From: Eledone cirrhosa
Taxonomy: Eukaryota
Direction of reading: 5' to 3'
Length of the DNA stretch: 64,000 nucleotides
Assembly: GCA_964016885.1 (NCBI GenBank)
Contig: OZ024741.1
Location: 357,926,001-357,990,000, forward strand
Shown here: positions 25,854 through 36,686 of the stretch, one piece after another
Position numbering within the stretch: the stretch's first letter is position 1
Layout: every line of letters begins with the position of its first letter
Program-made: the position numbers and the translations under genes
The notes under the pieces: generated by a model
Told to the model about the DNA's origin: nothing
Database searches by the model: none
What the model saw: only the letters and a program-made list of their open reading frames with translations

Positions 25854-26015
25854 AAAAAAAAATTAGGCAAGCCAAGGCATTCACGGTATTACCGCGGGTG
25901 ATAACGAGGCCAAGGTGCTTGAATAGCCAAGCACCCTCACGAGCATCACCTGATACATCATCAGTAAGGTGAGTTGTCAAAAACGATAAAAACCTCGCTA
26001 TCAGCGGCCCAGCTC
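25854..26015 (-). ncRNA. Structured small-RNA-like element (Y-RNA/sbRNA-like candidate)
   Basis: 11-bp closing stem TGATAGCGAGG/CCTCGTTATCA, two enclosed hairpins plus a third on the 3' side, G-U pairs favouring the minus strand, 3' T9 run. Confidence 0.4.
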
Positions 26016-26775
26016 CCCCATGAATGTCTCAAATGTCACAAGCTGAAAAATGTAGTTTACCGATAAATCACGGTATTTTAAGTAGTTTGTTTTAAATTCT
26101 TTTCAAGCAGCTCTGACAAGAGTCAACTCAAAAGAACTGATCACTTACAGCTAGCTTAGTTTATTACATGTGAAACAATTTCTTCTTTTTTTTTAAATGT
26201 CGACTAGTCCAGTCGATAAATTGTTGGCTAGAACTCATCCATCCCTTAATCCATTTAGATTATAGCGAACTCCATTAAAGAAATCTGCATATAACTCCAG
26301 ACGATAGATTGTAAGAACAATTTTGGGTACAAGGATTAAAAGCTCTCATAGCAAATAGAGCACTGGACTTATATCTCACCCCTATAAATGTGTGGCCTTT
26401 GCCAATGTAAGAAATCAAGGACAGTGGACTAAATGCCTAACGTTTGTTTTACATCCTTTTCTTTATATTCTGCATAAATAAACACTAGTGATATACTGAA
26501 ATCGATTTAATTGAATATATTCTTTTCAATTCATTTGTATTTTTTTGTCAACGTTAGAAATTAATATTTGCAGTAGAGCGCGAATACTCCATCTAGTCAA
26601 TAGGATATCGTACAAGCAGCCCGAGAGGTCAGCAGTTCACATCATATCACTGAGTCGTGTTTGTCCGTATCCATATTTAACTCGGGTAGTTCTGTCCACA
26701 TCACGGTCATGGAGTGAAAGAATCGGTAGGGAGAAACTAAATACCTTGTGGTATTTAGTAACATCCGGAGCTCAA

Positions 26776-26942
26776 ATTCCTCCTTGATGGACGACTTTGC
26801 TTTCCATTCCCTTGGGGTCAATTCGATAAAAATAAGTAACAATGTAATGAGTCGATTTTATTCCTCCTTGATAGACGACTTTGCTTTCCATTCCCTTAGG
26901 GTCAATTCGATAAAAATAAGTAACAATGTAATGAGTCGATTT
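26776..26942 (+). repeat. 84-bp tandem duplication (2 copies) of a Meta-SINE core
   Basis: ATTCCTCCTTGAT(G/A)GACGACTTTGCTTTCC...GAGTCGATTT repeated with two substitutions. Confidence 0.9.
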
Positions 26943-27331
26943 GATCGACTATTCATACTTACTCTGATAAAAATGTGTGGGAAATCATTATTAGAAATTC
27001 TAGATATTTATATTCGCTTCTATCACAATCTCAGCAATAACGACGTCTGTTAGTTAATTCCCCTCTAAAACTGTCTTTAACAGGCATAATATGAAGAAGA
27101 CTTTTGGAATAGGAAATACCAACAACCACGACCAAATAGCATTTAGCTCAATCTATATTTGATAGGGGGATAATGGCGAAATAAAATAGTAATGTAGTTG
27201 AGAATGTACAGAACAGATAAATGGGCAACAGTAGTATAGTATTATAAATGATGAGGAGATAATAATAGTTCCGAAATCAAGATGGAACAACTGTACAGAA
27301 AAATAATAGATAAGTATAGGGACAGACGACG

Positions 27332-27372
27332 ATGGTGATATTGTTGATAGTCAACCAGAACAGATAGTACTT

Positions 27373-27422
<50 letters not shown>

Positions 27423-27460
27423 AAGTACTATCTGCTCTGGTTGACTATCAACAATATCAC

Positions 27461-27463
<3 letters not shown>
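27332..27463. repeat. 132-bp palindrome centred on (TA)23
   Basis: 43-bp arms (27332-27374 and 27421-27463) are reverse complements with one mismatch. Confidence 0.95.
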
Positions 27464-27491
<28 letters not shown>

Positions 27492-28925
27492 AAAAAAAAA
27501 ACATTAGACAATGCAAGTTGTTGCTGTTTAGCCAAATATTAAGTCAGCCCTGATCATGAGGTATCCCACTCATGACCATCCCCATGATGACACTATCAAA
27601 CACAGTAGAGTGTGATTTGCGGGAGATTTGGCTACTATTTTAGCAAACAGAGCGATCGCGTAGATGCCCTCTCCCTTCGTTGGCTCTGCCAAAATAGTAA
27701 GTTTATGTAGTACACTAGTAATAGTGGAAAGGAAGTTGGTGAGTATAGAATCTCTGCCAACACATGGATAAAAATGTAAATAACAGATAGAGAAAGAAAG
27801 AACGAAAAAGAAAATCACCGCAAAAACAAATTATAACATTTATTATAAACTATGTGAATTCTTAGACTCAATAGATTGTCGAAGAAAAATAAGTGGTGGT
27901 GAAGGTGGAGAAAAGGACCCCCGCCTCATGTTATTTCAGTGTAAACGGAGAAATATACAATATTAGCATATCTTATATATTCTTCAATGAAAATAGAAAT
28001 ATAACTGACTATAGAGCTGTTATGTATGTATGTGTATAATATATATATATATAAGACATACACACACGAACATTTTAGACACTACAAAGATACTGATCTA
28101 TTGATAGAGAATTATAGTACTGTTCTATCGATATAGTGTATAGCATGGTTGGTATATTTATTGTACATTAAGTCTAATAGGTTTGTTGTTAGTGCTGTAG
28201 TAAACTATTGACAAACATGATAACTCAATTAACTAATAGTTTGTGTAGTAAAGAACTAAGGCATAGGAAGACCGACTACTGAACTTAATTGTATGGAGTG
28301 TGATATGAAAAAAAGAGTAAGGTAGTCAATTACGACGTTAAACTATCACTAAACAGCATAAAATAGTTATCTTTTTAGCCCTAGGTCAGTCCTAATAAAG
28401 ATATGATCAAACGAGGTCCAGTCATGACTTCCCCGATTTATTGTGTATATGTGTGTGTATATATATATATATAGATATATATATAGGACTACCTTGCACA
28501 ATGTGTCTTTCATTGTGTGATTTGAGGAAATTTGACTGCTATTTCTCGCCGACCGTGCGACCGCGTAGAGACAAGAAAAATGTCATAGTATAGTAACAGA
28601 AGATATATAGTATGATATTAAACTATTTATAAACAATTTAGAAAGGTAACAAAATGTTATAGCACGATAAGGTGCTAAAAATAGAGCCAATAAATGGAAA
28701 GATAGAGATATCAATCAATATTTTTTATCTACATATAGCAAAGAAGTTAGACATCGATAAACGGTGAAAGGTGACATAAGGTAGAAACGGAAAGCCAAAA
28801 GGGGAAGATGGAGCAGTAACTAAATCCATGCTACATGCATATATGGAAAAAGAGCACAATATGGCGGATCATGTCTCTCAATGTCTACAACACACACATT
28901 ATATACATGTGTGTGTGTATATGTA

Positions 28926-28970
<45 letters not shown>

Positions 28971-31900
28971 TATATATGCACGCGCACACATGTAATATTA
29001 CATACACATTAAAACTCGCAAGTCCGATACATGTAATATACTAATGTACACATTGTAATTTCTTGAGCAAAGCATACACCATTACAATAAAACCAATCAT
29101 GAGTTAAAGGCCCTGTTAAATAAAAAGAAAACTGGAAGATAAATGATAAACAGACATAAAATTCCTCAACAGTGAATATACCGCGATTTGTGAAAAAATG
29201 TAGTATCAAATTAACCAGCCATTACACCCGCACATAGTCACACACATACACACTCATAAAGAAGAAATGTGTAAACAGTGTATAAACAATTAGTATTAGA
29301 CACTCACCTAAACAACTCCAAAACAGCGTGTTGAGCAGGTAAAAGTTAAAGAAGGTATCCATTATACAGAATGCCGATCTGCAGCATGCAGTACGGTGAT
29401 GGTAGAGCCTTGCAGATCATTCAGCTTTTTACCTCATATCCGAGCGATCATTTTTTTTAACTTTCACCCATCCCGTCTCTCAATAAACACAAGCTGGGCA
29501 TGTTCAATTTCTTTTAACTAGTAAATGTTATAAACCACTCCTCTTCGCTGAATCTGTGAGGGTATGACAAAATGTTGTTTTGATTTCAAGTACGTTAATT
29601 ACTTTTCTTTTTGGTATTTAGAAGTGGTGCCCAAAGTTTTGGCAGTGTGGAGAGCAGCATCATGTTCAGTGTGCAGTGTCATTGCTGCCATAAACATCTT
29701 TCTCTCTCACTCTCACTCACTCATTCGCTTTCTTTCTCTCTCTCTCACTCTCCTACCCACAGTGACCTCCCGTCTTCAACAACAGATTCCCTCCCCCTGC
29801 TGTCTCTCACTGCTTCCCCTTCCTACAACCTTACTTTCTTTCAGTTTACCTTAAAAGCCTAGGTTGTTTCTGTTTTCTCTATTTCAGTTTATAGTAAATC
29901 GCCCCTTTTTTTTCGGCCAACTAATTTCTTAATAGTGACATTATTTGGAATGTTGTTGCTTCTAGCAGAAGTCGGGTGATTGGGTCGGCCACGTTTCCAT
30001 TGTATGGCAGCTCTCAGCCACTTTCAATGTAGACTTAAATACTAATACAACACCTCCAAAGGAGCACTACTTCAACTGAAGACTTATTCATGTAAAACGT
30101 GACAAGCTATCGAATCCTCATGTTTCTATATATATGCGTCAGTGTGCAAAAGGTGATTTATAAACAATATATAAAAACCTTGCTACTATCACATTTCAAC
30201 GTCGTCGAGTAATTGGACAGCTTTTTTATAGCAATTCCTGGGAGATTCAAACTGAAGCGAACAAGGGGGATAATCATTAGTTTCCTTGATTCTACTCAGA
30301 CTAAAACATTTTTTTCTCGTGTTAACTTTGTGAAAAGTAGTAGTATACTGCAAAACTACGATCCATTTCTTTCTTCGTTAATTCGATCGTTATCGTCTTG
30401 CCCGTTTCTTACATAAGTATTAGCTCTCACGTCACAGAAGATAAGATGTGCGACATGCATGCCTTTCTCAAGGACACTCCCGATTATGTGGCATGAAATA
30501 GTTTCAACTGGTATTCGATACCAGATCAAAGACTTTTTTCTACTTTGACCACCATGGGATGAAATGCTTCATTTGTCTTTAAACAAAAAACCATTTCAGC
30601 GAGCTCCTTAAAATAAAAAGTATGAAGCCGATGAGAAGGTCCGTGGGCTTATTTCGATTTCAGGTTGAATGTAACTATTGTCGTTAATGCCCTTGGTAAG
30701 GCCATGCATGTCGCAACTTCTCTCGCGCAAATATCTAACCTTTGTATTCAAGAATTATTGGTATTTTCATATATGCTCTATTTAATAACTAATGCAGTAT
30801 GTTGTAATTCATTCCTATTAATTACGCAAACTAATTTCTTTTTAAACATTGCTTAATTTTTTGTCAACTCCTATACTATTCTCATTGATTGTCATGCATA
30901 CAATATTTCGTAAACCTTTTATTAGTCCATGACTAAATTCTGTTTTTATATTGCTATTTATTTTATTAATGTCTGCTTTATGGATATATATCATACCATT
31001 CAACAGTTTTTCATTAAGCCAACACCCACCCGCCCCTAATGATACTATAATCCATTAAAAAAGACATGTTTCTCTACCTGTATCAAATATAAAGAACCCT
31101 GTGTCTTCTTTCTCCTAACCTACCTCTAATTCAACCACTCTCTTGCAACAATCCACAGGGTGGAAGAAAGGCAACATTTCACTCAGAACATGAGACAAAT
31201 GGTAAAATAGGTAAAACATGCATGAAAATTCTGTACCCTGAAACCTGACTCAATATCCCTGTATTTATTATTGGTACCATAATAAGATGCACCCAATACA
31301 TACTCTAAAGTAGTTGCCATTAGGAAGGGCAACAATACCAAAGAAAAAAAGAGTTGAGAGGATTCTTTAATTGCGTCAAGGATATCATAACCTCCCTGGT
31401 ATGGTACCAATGTAAAATGTACCCAATACATTCTGCAAAATGTTTGGCATCAAGAAGGGCATCCAGCTGTAGAAACTGAGCAGCATATGTGAGTGAAAAA
31501 TTGTTTCCTGATCTGTCTAGGAGGACATTAGCTCTGATTAAGTACTGACGTGCTCTGCAACAACCTGTGCATAACATGAAAGTATAGAAAAACAGACATT
31601 AGATGATGAGTATTATGATGATATAAACAGACCTGTCAACTCTCCCCATTGGACTAGGAGATCTCCCACCCACTTTGGGGTGGGTGAGAGATGTCTTCTC
31701 TTGTGAAAATGGGTATAGCTTTGATTATGTAAAATCTCCCATTTCTCCCCGTTTTGGGGTACTTATTCTTTTTGGTTGGCAGGTCTGTGAAGATGATGAT
31801 TAATTGTTTTTTTTAATTAACCCAACATTTGTAGGAGGTATGTGCAGTTAATTAATTAGTCCTTTATTACAACTAGTACTTATTCTATTGTACCCAGAAC

Positions 31901-32589
31901 AATGAAAGGTAAAGCTAACACTTGCAGCATTTGAACTCAGAACATAGAGAAGAAGACACAGTTATGGATGTGTAGTTAAGAGGTTTAATCCCACTGCATA
32001 GCACTTAAAGCAAGTGTCTACTACCAAAGGCTTGTGAATGGACTTGGTAGGCAGAAACTATATGGAAGCGCATCAGAGGAGTTATTACGGTTTTGGGATG
32101 GTGCACATAATCTAGTGTCCAGTTTAGCACCACCATCTGTCCCTTAGGTGTCTTTAGTGGAGTCTTAGAGGACCTAAAGAAATTAGTCATGAGACATGCC
32201 CTTCCACCTCTGACTAAGCATTTAAACCAGTGCTTTACTGCCACACCACTGCTTCATTAAATAATGGTTTCTACTTTAGGCACAAGGCCAACAATTTGGG
32301 GGGAGTGGAAAGTCAATTAAATCGACCCAGTACATTACTGGTACTTTATTTTAATTGACCCCATAAGGATGAAAGGCAAAGCTAACCTTGGCGGGATTTT
32401 AAATCATAGCGTAAAGGACCATAACTCTATGCTGCAAAGCATGTCTGACGCTCCACTGATACTTCCAATCCACTGCCCTTGCTTTATTAAATGATATATG
32501 TATATCTGAAAAGAAGGAAAGGAAGCCACTAAGTGGTTACTTGTCCTATTAGAAATAGCAATTGAATTCCTGGAAGCTGATGTTCAGGG

Positions 32590-32880
32590 GGGTAGGATAG
32601 CTAGGTAGCATATTGGTTAGTGTAGTGCCTGGAAGGCGAAGACTGTGGGGGGGACTGAATAAAGGTGACATGAGACAAGCCATCTCTGAAGAGCAGATAT
32701 GCCACTAGTAATGGTAGAGATGACAGAGAGAGGAGATAGCACATCTGTGGACTAGGGGCTAGAGCATGTGAATAAGCAGCTGCATGCTAATCAGACAAGT
32801 GGCCTTTCTTTGTATGCCATTGTGCAGCAGCAACACCCTCCCAGGTGTGGGAGCAGTACTCCATTGTGGGTATCAGTCAG
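32590..32880 (-). pseudogene. Degenerate 3' RT fragment of a CR1/Jockey-group LINE
   Basis: PTMEYCSHTWEG...IQRKATCLI...PLVHRCAISSLCHLYHY..ICSSEMA resembles the MEYCSHxW...L..RR...L.LFYRY..G.CSxEL C-terminal pattern. Confidence 0.55.
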
Positions 32881-33504
32881 GGCTGGATTAACTATTAAAC
32901 AAAATAAACATGTGTAGGACATCAAAACAAGAGGGACACCATTTTATTCAAATTAAATGTATTTTTCATTCCAAACAAATTTTTATGCAGACTTTATATA
33001 TGGGTGGCACCATAAACCTTTAAGTGCTTATCGCCTCAAAAGGATTTAATCTGGCCCTAGACACACTTGAGCTTTGTAGTTGATGTTGTAGCTGAAATAT
33101 TTTCTGTCTCTGAAGAAGACCAGTCTTTGTGATGTAGTTTTGTCCCAGTTGAAGATATCAGGGGAGATCCTCAGTGATAATTATTTACTGTTGATATTAA
33201 TGGTGGTGGGGAAATAATGTTTCTTGATAGGTGTAGCGATTGTGTTACCTTTTTACTGTTGAGACAAAATTGACATAGCCCCATTGAAGAATGTCACTGC
33301 TTATGGAGTCTGTGTAAATTTAGTGTAACCCTTGCTGCCAAAGAAAATGGATGTTAAATGAGGATTATGATGATGATACCTTGGATGATGTTTGGGTGTG
33401 GAAAGTTAGAGAGGAATTAAGGGGGATATCTGATGGGCATTGTTGGTAACGAGGAGTGGTATGTATATTGGGTATTGTTAGAGGTAACAGCAAATAAGTC
33501 ATTG

Positions 33505-33752
33505 ATGTACACACACTTTTCTGCACATACACACATACATGCACACATATGCTCACACCATACACATACACACATGCACATATAAATTCGTGCACACAAC
33601 ACACATACAGACCACATACATGCACACTCACATACATTCACACTCTCCTACATATACATTCACTCACATACACATATGTGCACATATTGCACCCCCCACA
33701 CACTCACATACACGTGTGCACACACACACTACACCCACCACACATACACACC
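33505..33752 (+). repeat. Degenerate (CA)n/(CACATA)n low-complexity tract
   Basis: Directly visible; accounts for the His/Thr- and Cys/Val-rich ORFs. Confidence 0.9.
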
Positions 33753-34669
33753 CATGCTGCTGGTAGTGATGGTGGTGGTGGTGATGAAAGAGAAAGCTGA
33801 GGAGTATGAGAGAAGCTTGTTAAAGAGAAAAATAATAAATTATAATTGCTATGTAAAAACATCTGTTATGGCTATTCTGACTAATCACTGCGCAGTAAAC
33901 TAAATATTATTTACGCAAGCATGAAAAAATGGATGTAAAAGTATGATGTTGAACCTTTTAACTTTGAGGCAAGTTAAAATATAGAAAATGTCATGAATTT
34001 CAGAAGTCTATACCAACGGACTTCAAATCAAATTTCTGTACAATCAGGTGTCTGGCATGGTTGTGTGGTTAAAATGTTTGCTTCCAACTACGTGGTTTGC
34101 GGTTCAGTCCTACTGTGGGGTCTCAAGTTGACCAATGCTTCGTGAGTGAAAATGTGAGACATTTGCTATGCCATAACTGATAAGACTCCAATCAAATCAA
34201 TATAGCTTTTTCTCTTTATTTTTCCACTAAGGAATTTGTGTATATGTGTATTACATTGGAAGGATATATACCTCAGAGACTATTTTAATGACAGACTGGA
34301 ATGGACCTCCATCAGTTTGGACAATATATTACTGTTGATCAATCAATAGAACTGCCTGCTTAAGAAATTAAGGAGCAAAAGACTGAGCATTCTACAAACA
34401 TGTTTACCCTTAATGTAATATGCTAGCATAGAAGATGGACGTTATATGATGATGATGACTAGTATAAGACAAGACAGATAAATAAAATGTTGGAAAATCA
34501 TCTGATGGTTTTCCAAACAGTTTCTGGTTAGTTTGTTCCACACACAAAGCATAGGTTAACCTGAGGCTATGTTAAATAATATTTGCCCAAGATGCCACAC
34601 AGTGGGAATGAACCCAGGACTTTATGATTGCAAAGCAAACTTTTTAACCATTCAGCCATACTGCACTCA

Positions 34670-35590
34670 CCTTCTTCTTCATCTTCTTCACCCACTTATT
34701 CCTGAGAGGGTCGTGGGCAGAATCCAGCAGGTCTTGTCAGAAACAACCATCTCCAACTGATCCAGCTAGATCCCCAAGCGAGACTAGCCAAGCTCATGTA
34801 TGTTATCCAACCAACTTGCTCTGGATCTCCCACCGGTTGGTTTTGCCCGTAAAATCTGTCCAGCGATTCTTTCCTGAGACATTCTAACCACATGCTCATA
34901 GTATCGGAGCTGTGATCTCTCAATTTGGAGAAGTAGCAGCTCTACCTGGAGTGACTCTCTGAACTCTGAACTATGCACTCTATCGAGTAACATTACTCCA
35001 AAGACCCTTCAGAGGAATCCCATTTTGGCCACTTGTATTTGCAATCGTATCTTTTGGTCACTACCCAAGTGTAAGGGTTGGTATGAATACCAAATTGAAG
35101 ATAGTGAGTTTGGCTTTTATGCCTACCTCACTTCTGAATGCTGAAGCTGGCGTATTATTGCACCAACTCCTGCAATTCTTGCACTGAATTCAGCCTCCTG
35201 CCTTCCATCACTCGTGAACATAGCCCCAAGATACTTGAACTTCTCTACCTGCTTCAGTAGAACTCCATTCACTGCGCAGGTTTCCTTGAGAGGATGAGTA
35301 TCTCAGTTTTCGGAGCACTGATTTTCATTCCAGCCATGCAGCACTTGGCATCAAACCTATCGAGTGCAAGTCAGCGATCATCTGTTGAGTTAAGTAACAC
35401 CATGTCATCTGCAAATTCCAGCCGACTGATTTTAAACCCACCAATCATGATACCGCTTCCAACACAGCTGTGCATGTCAATCCTGTTCATGTAAATAATG
35501 AACAGGAGAGGTGATAGTATGCACCCTTGGTGGAGTCCAACCCTCACATTGAATGGTTTCGATTTAGCACCATTTATCCGAACACAAATA
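34670..35590 (-). pseudogene. Second RTE-type LINE family, RT and 3' end fragment
   Basis: VRVGLHQGCILSPLLFIIYMNRI...LEFADDMVL...FKYLG...IERSQLRYYEHVVRM. A plus-strand 3' fragment of the same family lies at ~42726-43085. Confidence 0.8.
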
Positions 35591-35919
35591 CAGAGATTAA
35601 AATATACTTAAATGACTTCATCATCATCATCACCACCAACATCATTTAACTGTCATTTTTTATGTTTGCATGGGTTAAACAGGTTATGAATCCTGAGGTT
35701 AGACAGGTTAGGTGAATACATCTTACTCATATGTTCTGTTTTGGGCTTGGTTTCTATGGCAGGATGCCCTTCTTAATGCCAACCACATTACAGTGTGTAC
35801 TAGGAGCATTATATCACAACTCCAGCACTAATGCCTTACAGGGTGGACTGGGTGCTTTTTTATTGTGGCACCAATTCTACCACTTTACAGAGTAGTCTAA
35901 ATGTATATATATGTAAATC

Positions 35920-36647
35920 TTAGGTACACAAGTGAGGTAGTGGGATAACAGGTAGACTAACAGGAAAGGGAGACTTTGTATGTAGATGTTCAGGGTTAAT
36001 TGACAGCGACAATGATATATTTTTTTCCAGGAAAGATCCATAGAAGTGGTTGATAGCTTCTACTATCTAGGTGATTTAATTAACAGTGGAGAAGGATGTT
36101 CTGAGAGCATAGTATTATAGCTAGAATGAGGATAGGATGGAAGAAGTTTAGGGTACCACTACCTCTGTTGACAAAAAGGGGTTTTTCCCTCTAAATGAAA
36201 AGCCGGCTGTATGTTGCCTGTGTGTGAAGTGTTATGCTGCATGGCTCTGCAACATGAACAGTGACTGCAGAAAGTATGCTGAAGCTGGAGAAAAATGAAG
36301 CATGCTTCGATGGGTGTGCAATATTAATGTAAGAGAACAACAGAGCTTGAATGAACTGAGTATAAGAGGAACCAGAAGTAGTGTGCAAAAGAAGACTGTG
36401 TTGGTATGGAGCTGTGATGCGCATGGATGGTGATCGATGTATGACGAAGTGCAAAAAGTCCCAGTAAAAGGAAGCCACAGTAAAGAAAGACCAAGGAAGA
36501 TCTAGGCAGAGGTGGTGAGAGAATTGCTGCAACACAGTGGAGATGACGAAGGATTGCAACGCATGGAGAGATGCTGTGCTAAAAAAAAAAACCCATCCAA
36601 CCCATGCAAGTATGAAAAAACAAATGTAAAAACAAGAACAATGATGA

Positions 36648-36650
<3 letters not shown>
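35920..36650 (+). pseudogene. Old RTE LINE 3' fragment (family of 13244-15104)
   Basis: Degenerate SIEVVDSFYYLG, GWKKFR..LPLL and RRLCWYG motifs with (ATG)n tail. Similar relics at 43610-44100, 44770-45160 (-), 51200-51840 (-) and 60305-61065. Confidence 0.75.

Positions 36651-36686
<36 letters not shown>

Noticed and set aside
25940-25975. CTGATGA on the minus strand as a hammerhead core
   Set aside because: No downstream GAAA or stem III, and the motif is absent from the paralogous copy.
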